From positions 1,118,001-1,182,000 of the forward strand of contig CM075992.1 in assembly GCA_038087875.1 (NCBI GenBank): a stretch of DNA of 64,000 nucleotides, given 5' to 3'. The position numbers and the translations under genes are program-made. Under the pieces are notes generated by a model. That model made no database searches and was not told the DNA's origin. It saw only the letters and a program-made list of their open reading frames with translations. Shown here one piece after another: positions 13,287 to 25,619 of this stretch (positions are counted from its first letter, which is position 1; each line of letters opens with the position of its first letter). The DNA comes from Malacoraja senta. Lineage: Eukaryota.

Positions 13287-14676
13287 GTACGGACAGTATA
13301 ACCTGTTTTGTTTAGAGATACAGCATGGAAACAAGCCTTTGGCCACCAAGTCTGTACCTACCAACAATCACCCATACACTAATTCTATGTGAGCCCACGT
13401 TATAATCCTACACACTAGCAACAATTTACAGAAGCCAATTACCCTACAAACCCGCAGGTCTTTGGAATGTGGGAGGAAACGTGCAAACTCCCTACAGGTA
13501 GCACCCGTGGTCAGGATCGAACTCGGATCTCTGGTGCTGTGAGGCAGCAAACATCGTCTGTCCATTTCACCTCACGGATGCTGCCTGCTGGTTTCCTCCA
13601 GCAGGTTACTTCTTGTTCGGGTTTCAGCAACTCTCCACTTCAGAAAGTTAGGATGGAGTTAGTTGACCAGGACTTGTACAAGCCTCGCCACCTCCTGATG
13701 CAAGGACGAAGGTTGTGAAGGGAAGAGAGGAATGAGTTCCCTGTGTCACTCCTGAAGATTGAGAACTAAATTACCAAACTCTGAGCACCCCTTGAAGTGT
13801 AGAGGAACCCTATTCAGATCAAACACCAACCGTGGGAGCATTCCATTCTAGATTCTTGGTTCTTGGTCCTCCAAAAATGGAATTTAAACTGGAGAACACT
13901 CAAGAACATGTAGATGGTTTAAGATTGAAGGGTGGAGGGGTGGTTGAGGGATGGGGGAATGGGATGAAATTATGAAACTGGTGCAAAAGTTAGGAATTGC
14001 TGGCTGTTGATGACTAGTTGCTTGGCGAGCACACATCAGAAGCAAAGGCAATAACAACCAAAACACACAAAGGGTGGTGGGTGCATGGAACAAGCTGCCA
14101 GAGGAGGTAGTTGAGGCTGGGACTATCCCAATGTTTAAGAAACAATTAGACAGGTACATGGTTAGGGCAGGTTTTAGGGATATGGACCAAACACAGGCAG
14201 GTGGGACTAGTGTAGCTGGGACATTATTGAAACATATAGGATTATTAAGGGTTTGGGCACGCTAGAGGCAGGAAACATGTTCCCGATCTTGGGGGAGTCC
14301 AGAGCCAGGGACCACAGTTTAAGAATAAGTGGTGAGCCATTTAGAACGGAGACGAGGAAACACTTTTTCTCACAGAGAGTTATGAGTCTGTGGAATTCTC
14401 TGTGGAGGCCGGTTCTCTGGATACTTTCAAGAGAGAGCTAGATGGGGCTCTTAAAGACAGCGGAGTCAGGGGATATGGGGAGAAGGCAGGAACGGGGTAC
14501 TGATTGTGGATGATCAGCCATGATCACATTGAATGGCGGTGCTGGCTTGAAGGGCCGAATGGCCTCCTCCTGCACCTATTGTCTATTGACATGTTGGGCG
14601 GTGTTGGGCAAGTTGGGCCGAAGGGCCTGTTTCCACACAGTATCACTCTATGACTCTATAAGATGGCCACACTTAC

Positions 14677-14799
14677 CATTCCGGCTGTTCTGTTTGATGG
14701 TGTTGGGTGAGATGTGTATAAAGCTCTCGGTCAGGTAACTGTGTGGAAACGTCACTTCCTTCACCTGGCCTTCAGTGTTGAGCACGGACACTTCCAAGA
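14677..14799 (-). CDS. ADGRL1: ADGRL1 exon, GAIN domain (123 nt, phase 1-1)
   Basis: ctctctacag|TC TTG GAA ... AAT G|gtaagt. [41 protein letters not shown]. Confidence 0.95.
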
Positions 14800-15611
14800 C
14801 TGTAGAGAGGGAGAGAGAGAAAGGTGAGAAGGAACTCTGTGAAGGAGGGGTGCGGGAGAATGGGAGTGGGGGGGGGGGGGGGGGGGGCAAAAGCAGGGTA
14901 TGAGAAGAAAAAAAATATGGAGAGGGAAAATGAGAAAACTAAACATCCAGCAAGAGATTCCAAAAGCAGAATAGTGAATGATGGCCCAGGATATGCAGAG
15001 AGCATTAGAAGGGATGAGACAATGGCCTCATGACCACCACAGAAAGGGGGTGACTCAGTCTCCCGTGGAGGGGCATAAAACTAAGTGCTACAGATTCAAG
15101 AGAGGGCAGCATAGAGTTGCTGCCTTACAGTGCCAGAAACCCAGGTTGGATCCTGACTTCAGGTGATGTTATGAAGGTAGACAAAAATGCTGGAGAAACT
15201 CAGCGGGTGAGGCAGCATCTATGGAGCGAAGGAAATAGGTGACGTTTCGGGGTCTCGACCACAGATGCTGCCTCACCCGCTGAGTCTCTCCAGCATTTTT
15301 GTCTACCTTCGATTTTTCCAGCACCTGCAGTTCTTTCTTAAACAGGTGATGTTATAGGGAGTTTGTACGTTCTCCCTGTGGCTGCGTGGGCTTTCTCCGG
15401 GTGCTCCGGTTTCCTCCCACATTCCAAAGAATTGCAGGCTTGTAGGTTAGTTGGCTTCTGTAAATTGTCCCTGGAGTTTAGGATAGAACTAGTGTACAGG
15501 GGGGGGGGGGGGTCGTTGGTCGGCGCGGACTCAATGGGCCGAAGGGCATGTTTCCAAGCTGTATTTCTAAACTAAACTATGTAGAGGGGGGATACATATG
15601 TATATTGAGTT

Positions 15612-15915
15612 GTTCAAGAAGGAACTGCAGATGCTGGAGAATCGAAGGTAGACAAAATTGCTGGAGAAACTCAGCGGGTGCAGCAGCATCTATGGAGCGA
15701 AGGAAATAGGCAACGTTTCGGGCCGAAACCCAAAGGAAATAGGCAACGTTTCGGGCCGAAACCCAAAGGAAATAGGCAACGTTTCGGGCCGAAACCCAAA
15801 GGAAATAGGCAACGTTTCGGGTCGAAACCCAAAGGGTTTTTGGCCCGAAACGTTGCCTCTTTCCTTCGCTCCATAGATGCTGCCTCACCCGCTGAGTTTC
15901 TCCAGCAAATTTTGT
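15612..15915. mobile_element. Penelope-like inverted repeat with an internal 33-bp unit repeated 4 times
   Basis: Unit aaggaaataggcaacgtttcgggccgaaaccca repeated over 15700-15832. Confidence 0.8.
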
Positions 15916-16756
15916 AGTGATTACAGTGATTTCGGAGCAAGAGGCAGAGAGAACAAAAAGAGTGTGAACAAAATGGTTTAAATAAATTGTGCTCGAGGCG
16001 AGGAGGTGGCGGCAAGAATTACGTTTGTTTTCCTGTATTAATGGATAATTGATGACCAAAGCTCGATGGAAGCTTCCTTCATCAATCAGGTTCACTGGAG
16101 CACAGAAAGGGTAATGTGTGCCCAGGATTCGTGATGAGAAAGGGATCTCGTTTTTTTTTTAAATCATTACTCATTCATGAGATGTGGGTTCACTGGTAGG
16201 GTCAGCATCCATTATTTAAGGTGGTAGTGACTTACTTTTTTTTTTGGGAATCCACAAAACACTCCCACGGTAGTATTAGGAAACATTTGCATTGTGCTTC
16301 GAACAAATGAAGAGTTTACTGGTCCGTTTCACAGCCGGTCAAGACTCAATCACCTTGCTGCAGATCCAGAGCCACAAACAGGTCAGACCGAGTAAGACTG
16401 GACTATCTCCCTTCCTCAAGTATATATGTTGTTTGTGAAAAGTATACTTCCACGTCGTGAATGACTGCTCACTGAGACTTTTCCCTGGGGGCATCAAAGC
16501 CATCCACCCAGCAACAGATGCTGTCCTGGCCTGGACAGCATCTGTTGCAGGAGGAGGCCATTCGGCCCTTCGAGCCAGCACCGCCATTCAATGTAACCCC
16601 GATCAATAACCCGTGCCTGCCTTCTCTCCATATCCCTTGACTCCACTAGCTCCTAGAGCTCTATCTAACTCTCTCTTAAATCCATCCAGTGACTTGGCCT
16701 CCACTGCCCTCTGTGGCAGGGAATTCCATAAATTCACAACTCTCTGGGTGAAAATG

Positions 16757-17266
16757 GATTAAGGAGGTGCTTTACAATCTGAAACTTGAAAAACTTAGGT
16801 TCTCTCTCAAAGGCTCTACCAAGACATTCCTAGATACATGGAACCCTTTCTTTGAACTGGTTAACTCTCTTAACTTGTCCCCGGACTCGGAAGAGGACTG
16901 AGTGTTCTCCATCATCATTTTGTTCTACAGCAGCTGCTTTCTCCTTAATCCCCCCCTCCCTACAATTGTTTATTTAGATATATATGTATATATATATACT
17001 TTTTTATTTTTTATTTTTTCTATTTTTATTTTTATATAGCACATTTTGTTTCGTCTATTCTACCATTTGTGTGTGGATGTGTACGTATGTGAGTGTTGTT
17101 TGTCCCCGTTTGGCTCCGACCTGACTTGTGTGGGTTGAAGGTGGGTAAGGGTAAGGGTTTTGAGGATCGCTTACATACTGTTGTACAATTATGCCTTGAT
17201 TATTACTGTCTGTTATTATTGTATGGATGTAAATTGCCGTGAAATACAAATAAAAAGATTAAATTC
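16757..17266 (+). mobile_element. L1-clade LINE 3' fragment nested in a minus-strand CR1
   Basis: WIKEVLYNLKLEKLRFSLKGSTKTFLDTWNPFF..., T-rich 3' UTR, aataaa; gaaaatg direct repeats at 16750-16756 and 17267-17273. Confidence 0.75.
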
Positions 17267-17357
17267 GAAAATGTTTTTTCACCTCAGTCTTAAATGACCT
17301 CCCTTTTATTCTAACTTTAGGCCGTGCACGCCATACGCAAGAGAGAGAGAGAAGTAT

Positions 17358-17652
17358 ACTTTAGTTTTGTCTGGAGATACAGCGTGGTCCTTCAGTCCAC
17401 TAAGTATGTGTCGACCAGCGATCCCCGCACACTAACGCTATGCAACACACACTGGGGATAATGTATAATCATACCAAGACAATTAGCCTACAAACCTGTA
17501 CGTCTTTGGAGTGTGGGAGGACACCCGGAGAAAACCCACGCAGGTCATAGGCAGAACGTACAAACTCGAGACAGACAGCACCCGGAGTCAGGATCGAACT
17601 CGGGTCTCTGGCGCTGTGAGGCAGCAACTCTACCGCTGCTCCACCACGGCAC
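17358..17652 (-). mobile_element. HE1-like V-SINE
   Basis: Full head-to-tail match to the other copies, reverse complement. Confidence 0.82.
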
Positions 17653-17770
17653 ATCAGAAATCTTTGGTTTGACAATGATGTTGGGAGGCAGGTCAGACCC
17701 ACAAGACATCTAAATCACGGGACACATCTCTGAGAGCCTGGTGGTTTTCAGCAGTTGGGGGCGAACTCAC

Positions 17771-17954
17771 CAACATTCTGCGTGGTGGCGTTGACTCTTG
17801 CCGGCTCCTTCAGGTTGTCCGCCAACAGGAACGCTCCCTCTTCAAGGATGTCCAACAACATGGTTGCCGTGTGAACTTGCTCCGTGGTGTTCATGTCCTT
17901 CCACGATTCCAGGGCTTCAGGTCTCAGGAGGTTATCGACGGTCTGCACAATAGC
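17771..17954 (-). CDS. ADGRL1: ADGRL1 exon, GAIN domain (184 nt, phase 0-1)
   Basis: ggttgcag|GCT ATT GTG ... GTT G|gtgagt. [61 protein letters not shown]. Confidence 0.96.
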
Positions 17955-18153
17955 CTGCAACCCAAACCACAAGTGTACTCATTAGCATTGGGTTGCCAAC
18001 CCTCCAGGATGGTCGCCTGGTGGCTGCGATAATGAATCATCCCCAATCTCAGAGCTGCAAGCAACATTGGAGAGAAAACACACAGGGGCATTAAAGCCAT
18101 TTTCATTTACTACAAGAGTTTTTTAGAAGTTATGAAAATATTTGAGAGGATAA

Positions 18154-19524
18154 TGGGCCTGTCCCACTGTACCAGCTAATTCAAGAGTTCTCCCGAGTTT
18201 CCCCTGATTCGAACTCGGAGAATTACGGCAATGGCCGCTCGTGGGTGCTCGGGGCTCTCGTGGACATTTTTCAACATGTTGAAAATTCTTCACGAGTCTT
18301 CACGAGCTTACCGCGTTTCCCGAGTACCTGCCGTTGGCGTTACGAGCCGCTAAGTAAGTAAAGTCAAGTTTATTGTCAATTCAAATAATGCAACTAGTAG
18401 TTACACAGAGGATTGAAATTGCCTTTCCCCATACTCCAATGTGCAAGTAATATTTATAACACAGAGAGACTATATACCAATAAAGATAGACAATGGACAT
18501 ATACATTATATACAATATTCACAGTGTGCCAGAGTGTAGTAACATGTTGAGGTATGTTATTAAGGTGCAATAATAAAAGGTGCAATATAGAAAAGTGCAA
18601 ATAGCATACTGCAGACATTGAGTTAAAGTTAATTTGACAGTCAGTTGGTCTTTGTGTAATGTTCATGGAATTTTCTTGAGTGTGTTGAGTAGTCTGATGG
18701 CCTGAGGGAAAAAGCTGTTTTTGAATCTGGTGGTTTTGCTCCGCATGCTGCGGTAGCGCTTGCCGGATGGTAGGAGGGTGAACAGTTTGTGTGCTGGGTG
18801 GGTGGTGTCTTTGGTGATGTTAGTTGCTCTCTTGCGACAGCGAGATGGGTATACGTCCTGGATTGCTGGTTGGGGTGATCTAGTGATCTTCTCCGCTGCC
18901 CTCCCCACTCTCTGTAGGGCCTTCTGGTCAGCAGCAGAGCAACAGCCATACCAGACTGAGAGACTGCTGGTAAGAATGCTCTCAATGGCACCCCATGTAA
19001 AAAGTGGTGAGGGCAGAAGGGGGGAGGTCGGCTCTCCTCATCCGTCGAAGGAAGTGGAGGCGTTGCTGTGCTTTCTTGACTAGGGAGATGGTGTTGGTGG
19101 ACCATGTCTGATCATCTGTGATGTGTACTCCCAGGAACTTGGTGCTTTTCACAGACTCCACTGCACTGCCATTTATGGTGAGTGGGGTGTGTGCTGTCTG
19201 TTTCTTCCTGAAGTCCACAGTTATTTCTTTTGTTTTGTTGACATTGAGTTGAAGGTTATTGATGTCACACCAGTTGATGAGTTGTACCTCCTCTCTGTAG
19301 GCTGAGTCGTCATCGTGGCTGATGAGGCCCACCACTGTTGTGCCATCTGCGAACTTGATGATGTGGTTCGAGTTGTGTTCGAACCACATCATCAAAATGA
19401 TGCTGGCAAAGACTGGCTCAAATTATACTGATCCGACGTACCCTCTACGTACATTCTATGTGCTTACCACGAGTTTGATTTTTTTTTAAACTCGGGAGAG
19501 CTCTTGAATTACCTCGTACAGTGG
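18154..19524. mobile_element. PIF/Harbinger-like MITE with a nested Rex1/Babar LINE
   Basis: TIRs gggcctgtcccactgtac / gtacagtgggacaggccc; TAA on both sides. Confidence 0.75.
18355..19378 (-). mobile_element. Rex1/Babar-type LINE, 5'-truncated and frameshifted
   Basis: IIKFADGTTVVGLISHDDDSAYREEV...KKAQQRLHFLRRMR...HPAHKLFTLLPSGKRYRS...FKNSFFPQAIRLLN. Confidence 0.85.
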
Positions 19525-19599
19525 GACAGGCCCCTAAGAAGTTGTTTTACAGAAAATCACATACTTTAGCTATTATGGTGAATGCAACGACATATCCAG

Positions 19600-20061
19600 T
19601 CTTTTCATATGAAGAAAGACTGGATAGACTTGGCTTATACTCACTAGAATTTAGGAGATTGAGAGGGGATCTTATAGAAACGTACAAAATTCTTATGGGG
19701 TTGGACAGGCTAGATGCAGGAAGATTGTTCCCGATGTTGGGGAAGTCCAGGACAAGGGGTCACAGCTTAAGGATAAGGGGGAAATCCTTTAAGACCGAGA
19801 TGAGGAAAAAAAAATTCACACAGAGAGTGGTGAATCTTGGAACTCTCTGCCACAGAGAGTAGTTGAGGCCAGTTCATTGGCTATATTTAAGAGGGAGTTA
19901 GATGTGGCCCTTGTGGCTAAGGGGATCAGGGGGTATGGAGAGAAGGCAGGTACGGGATACTGAGTTGGATGATCAGCCATGATCATATTGAATGGCGGTG
20001 CAGGCTCGAAGGGCTGAATGGCCTACTCCTGCACCTATTTTCTATGTATCTATGTATCTAT
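19600..20061 (+). mobile_element. CR1/HER1-like LINE 3' end
   Basis: [27 protein letters not shown]...; (ctatgtat) tail. Confidence 0.9.
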
Positions 20062-20936
20062 ATTGCACACATCAACCTCCCCCTAACAATACTGGGATAA
20101 CAAAGGCTATTAACAATGTTTGTGGAGGTACATGTTGGCTAGAGTTTTGGGATGACATTGTCTAGACATCACCGTGGTGCCTTATTTTCATTTGACAGGG
20201 AAGATGGGACTTTTGTTCAGAACCTCGTCTGAAAAGGGTCATCTCAAACAGTGCAGTACTCCATAAGCTCACCACTCTGATGCAAGCAACTAAGGTAGAA
20301 TCAAGAGATTCTATCATTCTATTTAGGGGAAAAGGGTAACCAGGGGAGTATAGATCACCTTCAGGGTCATCGTGGTCGACTATAAGTGGATTTGATTAGT
20401 ATGGGTGTCCGGGGTTAGGTGGGAAAGATAGATCAGCCATGAGAGAATGGCGGAGTAGACTGGATGGGCTGAATGGCCCAATTCTGCTCCTATCACTTAT
20501 GAACATACGAGCAAGGATTTTGAATTAGCGTGTAGGATTGGAACTTTAATCCACAAATGACCGACACGTTGCTGAGTGCACTGTGCCAATAAGATCTCCG
20601 AAGTGTTTCTTTTTTAGAACTCACTTTGTGGTTATGGAAATAAAGTTATAAATATGCAAAATCCATCTTTGGACTTCCCATGAGATGATGCTGGCAAAGA
20701 CTGGCTCAGTTTATTCTGATCTCTGAACAGCCCCTTTTAAATTATATCTCCAAGTCTTAGAATGAAGTTTCCGTCCACAGTGTGGCACAACCAAAGGGTC
20801 AAGATGATTCTTTTGTGGAGAGGTGGAAATGAAAAGGAAGGCGTATTACTGGAAAGATATTGGGCAGAAGGAAGTAAGTTTAAATCCTCCACGGAGATAA
20901 ATCGATTAATCAGAGATAGTCTAAAGAGGAGGGTAA

Positions 20937-21312
20937 AGGGCCTGGCCCACTTACGCGACCTTTACAGGCGACCTCCGGCACCCGTGATAGGTGGCCGAAA
21001 TTTTCAAACATGTTGAAAATTCAGCGTCGACCAGAAAGACGCTACGACTCTTTGGAGACCTCTCACGACCATAAGAGACCTCTCAGGACCATACAGGTGA
21101 CCCCTGGCGACATGTCGTGGGTGACCTCTCACGACCATAGTGCATAGACCATAGTCTCCTATGGTCCTGAGAGGTCTCCTATGGTCGTGAGAGGTCTCCA
21201 AAGAGTCGAAGCATCTTTCCGGTCGCCGCTGAATTTTCAACATGTTGAACATTTTGGCGACCTATCACGGGTGCCGGCAGTCGCCTGCAAAGGTCGCGTA
21301 AGTAGCGGACAA
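20937..21312. mobile_element. Harbinger-like MITE (long internal palindrome, right TIR degraded)
   Basis: agggcctggcccacttacgcg ... cgcgtaagt; homologous to 33445-33763. Confidence 0.65.
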
Positions 21313-21509
21313 GTGATTGCCCTGATGCATATCGGGGGTGTGGAAAGATAGAAACATAGAAAATAGGTGCTAGGGTAGGCCATTTGTCCCTTCGAGCCAG
21401 CACCGCCATTCAATATGATCATGGCTGATCATCCAAAATCAGTACCCCGTTCCCGCTTTCTTCCCATATCCCTTGATTCCGTGAACCCTAAGAGCTGTAT
21501 CTAACAGGA

Positions 21510-22690
21510 GTATACTGAAGATGGAAATCACCAGGGCAAGGACAAGAGGCATGAGATAGCTTTGACAGATAAAGTAAAGGTGAATCCAAAGAGATCCTAC
21601 ATCAGAGAAACGAGGGAAAGAAACTGTCTTTAGATTATGGAGGCACAGGAAATATTTGAGATGTCAAATGACTATTTCTTGTCTGCTCTTACTGTGGAGA
21701 AAGATAAGGACACTAGGGGACTTGGGAACGTTAATGGTGATGGCTTGAAGAGAAACTACACGACAGAAACTACACTACAGAAACTACACTAAAATACATT
21801 GAGATACATTCTTTCTTAGGCCCCCTTCAGTCATGGCTGAACCCTGTGATATGATCAATGTATCCAAAGACAATGTGGGAATTTGTGTCATTGGTAGCCA
21901 TGATTAAGGTGCTGGAAGACATGGAGAGCGGAGAATGTTGTGTCTTAATTTAAGAAAAGAAATAGAAAACAGATTTACAAGGATGTTACCAGGAATGGAG
22001 GATTTGAAGTGTAAAGAGAGGCTGGCTAGACTCTGTCTTTTCTCCCTGGAACATTGGAGGTTGTGGGGTGACCTTACAGTGAACTATTTTTTTCTGGAGT
22101 GCAAGAGGATTTTATCGAAGGGAATAAAATTATGAGAGGCATGAGAAGGTGAATATCCAAGGTAGACAAAAATGCTGGAGAAACTCAGCGGGTGAAGCAG
22201 CATTTATGGAGCGAAGGAATAGGTGACGTTTCGGGTCGAGACCGTTCTTCAGACGAAAGGGTCTCGACCCGAAACGTCACCTATTTCCTTCGCTCCATAG
22301 ATGCTGCCTCACCCGCTGAGTTTCCCCAGCATTTTTGTCTACCTTCGATTTTTCCAGCATCTGCAGTTCCTTCTTAAACAGGTGAATAGCCAAAGTATTT
22401 TACCTCAGAGGCAGAGGATTCTAAAACTAGAAGGCATAGGCTTAAGGTGAGAGGGGAAAGATTTAAGAGGTATCTAAGTGGCAACGATTTCACACAGAGG
22501 GTGGTGCATACATGAAATGACCTGGCGGAGGAAGTGGTAGAGGCAGCATGTAAAACATATTTATACAGGTACATGGATAGGAAAGGTTCGGTGCCAAGTG
22601 ATGGGTTGGCCAGTGGCAGTAGTCCATTAAGCAGCTGTATCGGCATGGACAAATTGGACCGAAGGGCCTGTTTCTGTGCTGTATACGTCT
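21510..22690 (+). mobile_element. Old, degraded CR1 LINE (ORF2 fragments and 3' tail) with a nested Penelope-like inverted repeat (22160-22380)
   Basis: AR.RHEIAL.DKVKVNPKR, RFTRMLPGME, GHRLKVRGERF remnants. Confidence 0.7.
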
Positions 22691-23326
22691 GACTCAATGG
22701 ACAACTCTCAATGCTAATTTATCCTTCCTTAAATAAGGGGACAAAAACTGTACATGGTACTGAAGATACATGCTCAGTGACCGTATGCAGTTGTACCATT
22801 ATTTCCCGATTTGTATACTCCAGCCTTCTCACAATAAATGCCCATATGCCACTATTTTATTTTTACTACCTGCTGTACTTGCAGTCAGATCAATGTTGAT
22901 AAATACCCCGCCATTCGCCTGTATTATTGAACCATCTGGCTTCTATACTGTAAAGCCAATGACAGTTTAACTTGCTTGACCATAGAAACAGTTTCCTAAC
23001 AAATGCTGATCCATTACCATCCAAGTCGAGATCGATCCTCCTAAAACAATACTCGTCCATAAGAGTTAAAGTATAAACAGCCCAGTGCCCAATGCTGTCC
23101 CAGTACAGAACAAGCAAGGCTTTTGTCCTGTGGTGACTCAAGTTGTACAGTTGCAACATTTAAATGACATTTGGATAGGTACATGGATAGGATAGGTTCA
23201 GAGGGATTGGGAGATGGATCAAGTGCAGGCAAATGGGACTAGCTCAGATGGGTAACTTGGACGAGTTGGGCCTTCCCATGCTCTTTATGAGTCTATGAAC
23301 ACCAGCACATCGGCATGCTCACATAC

Positions 23327-23365
23327 CTCTATGTATGCTCTGCAGGTCCTTTCCCGTTTTTGAAT
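23327..23365 (-). CDS. ADGRL1: ADGRL1 39-nt mini-exon in GAIN domain (phase 0-0); not in the ORF track
   Basis: gggcacag|ATT CAA AAA CGG GAA AGG ACC TGC AGA GCA TAC ATA GAG|gtatgt = IQKRERTCRAYIE, equivalent to mammalian MHKRERTCKDYIK. Confidence 0.92.
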
Positions 23366-24394
23366 CTGTGCCCATTCCATGCAAGGAGAGAAGAAACAGA
23401 ATGCACTTCATTAAAGCTGAGAAGCCATTCACCCTAACATGCACAACACAACATACCACTACTAATCCAAGTGACATCTTTCAATGTTAACTCCTCGACC
23501 AAAGGTGAATCCAAAGAGATCCTACAAGTACATTAGGGGCACTCTAAATTCTCAGACATTTGACACACTTAAAACAGCAAGTGCCCCACGAACCCTATGC
23601 CATTTAACTGATCAAGATTTATTTACACCTAAGGTTGGTGCAAAACGTTGGAGTAACTCAGTGGGTCAGGCAGCATCTTTGGAGAAAAAGAATAGGTGAC
23701 GTTTTGGATTATGCTCCTTCTTCAGACTCTGACGTAGACCTCTTCTGCAGAAGAGTCTCAACCCAAAGCCTCACCTATTCCGTTTCCCCAAAGGTGCTGC
23801 CTGACCTACTGAGTTACTCCAGCATTTTGTGGCTATCTTCAGTATAAAGTTCCTTCCTCCAGAATTATTTACACCTAATTCATTACCATGTCTTGACATT
23901 CTCTATCCCCTTTAACCAACTGGCATAGATAGCATTTGGAGAAGAGATTTCCAGATTTTCGTCAAGTTGTGTGGGAAAATTGGATCTTAAAAAGTCTAGT
24001 GTTATTAACATGAAAAGAAAGCCATTTCTTTTTCTGGAATAACCACCCACCAGAACTAAATTTGTAACCTGCCCCTTCTAAAGCCTTTAATCATCTCCCA
24101 ATCTCAATCAGCCACAACTGTGTTCACAAAACGTGGTCTCGCATTAATCTCTCCCTCCCCCAGCCCAACAAGCCTGGGTATCACTGATGTAAATCTCAAG
24201 TCGCTCTCTGCATCCTGGGCCAAGGTGGGGGGTAGAGAAGGGGAATGGGGGAGGCATGTAATGGGATGAGATGGGAGTGGGGTAAGGAAGGAAGGGCAGC
24301 AGATAAGATGGAGTGAAGAGTTAACCCTGTGGTTGAAGTACTGCCATCCATTCTCCACTGGCGAGGTTAAGAGTGGGACTCCCATCCATCCCTC

Positions 24395-24570
24395 CCTTCC
24401 TTTCTTTCTTTCTTCCTTCCTTCCTTCCTTCCTTCCTTCCTTCCTTCCTTCCTTCCTTCCTTCCTTCCTTCCTTCCTTCCTTCCTTCCTTCCTTCCTTCC
24501 TTCCTTCCTTCCTTTCTTCCTTCCTTCCTTCCTTCCTTTCTTCCTTCCTTTCTTCCTTCCTTCCTTCCAC
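24395..24570. repeat. (CCTT)n/(AAGG)n tetranucleotide microsatellite
   Basis: Visible directly; about 165 nt downstream of an ADGRL1 donor site in transcript orientation. Confidence 0.98.
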
Positions 24571-24735
24571 CTTCTCCACCCACCTCCGTCTATTCTTCTC
24601 TCCATCAGTCTTTTCCTCCCTGATCTGCTTTCTCTCTCCCTGTCTCCTCGCTCCCGAGTTCCAGATCTTCAACAAGCCTTGCAGTATGCCTGTGCGGAGG
24701 GGCAGAAATTCAACATGAAGTGAGGTAATCCCAAC

Positions 24736-24921
24736 CTTGTTGTAACTGCGCCCTGCAGACTCCTTCTCGCTGGGTCTCAACGCTTGCAGCTGGGCGTCCA
24801 GAATATCCAGAAGCTGCTCCATCAACTTGACCGACGAGCTGACGTCACCCGCATAGATTGGGCCTCTGGTGTGTCTGGAAAGCTCATTGGCGATGTTAGC
24901 TGCATTCTCCCCGCTTTTAAT
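24736..24921 (-). CDS. ADGRL1: ADGRL1 exon, GAIN subdomain A (186 nt, phase 0-0)
   Basis: ctctgcag|ATT AAA AGC ... AAC AAG|gttggg. [62 protein letters not shown]. Confidence 0.96.
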
Positions 24922-25019
24922 CTGCAGAGTATGATCCAAAGGGGGCAAGTCAGCGCAGGAAACGTTGACCGAAGTCTTACTGTGCCTGCAACCATTTCTG
25001 AAGCTTGCAGACTCAGTTA

Positions 25020-25233
25020 AGGGCCTGTCCCACTTGGGTGTAATTTACGCGACATCATTTACGCGTCATGTACGCGACATCATTTACGCGTCACGACACA
25101 TTACGCACGCATGGTGCGTGGTTACGTAGCAGTGACATGCGTTCGTGCGTGGCGCCCCAGGATTTTGGGATGTACAAAATCTTCGCTCGCCATCTGCGTG
25201 ACGCGCAAATAACGCCCAAATGGGACAGGCCCT
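25020..25233. mobile_element. Harbinger-like MITE
   Basis: TIRs agggcctgtcccacttggg / cccaaatgggacaggccct; CpG-rich internal repeats (acgcgacatcatttacgcgtca). Confidence 0.75.
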
Positions 25234-25619
25234 TAACTCTTTGCCCATATCCGAGAGCCAAGCTTGTTAAATAGTTCTTGAACGTCAACTCATTCAGGAT
25301 CTCAATCTGTCGCAGAATGTGTTGATCACAATCTGGAAAGAACTTTGTATTTAATGAAAGATATAGACACAAAAAGCTGGATTTAACTCAGTGGGTCAGG
25401 CAGCATCTCTGAAGAAAAGAAATAGGTGACGTTTCGGGTCGGGACCTTTCTGCAGACGGTAATAGTATCAGTGTAGCTGTTGGTGGCACTGTGGATGGAA
25501 GGTCAATGGAACCCTTCTGCCAGTGACTATGTTTGTCTAGTTTTGGTTCAACTACTGACCTGATGAATATTTACATCAACCATTATGAAAAACTGGAAAG
25601 AATTTAAAGCAGAACCATA

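Noticed and set aside
15700..15832. 33-bp direct repeats resembling a CRISPR array
   Set aside because: No spacers, eukaryotic context, and the unit is part of the PLE repeat.
24104..24723. RKEG and LPSF repeat ORFs
   Set aside because: Translations of (AAGG)n; the real exon ends at the 24736 donor.
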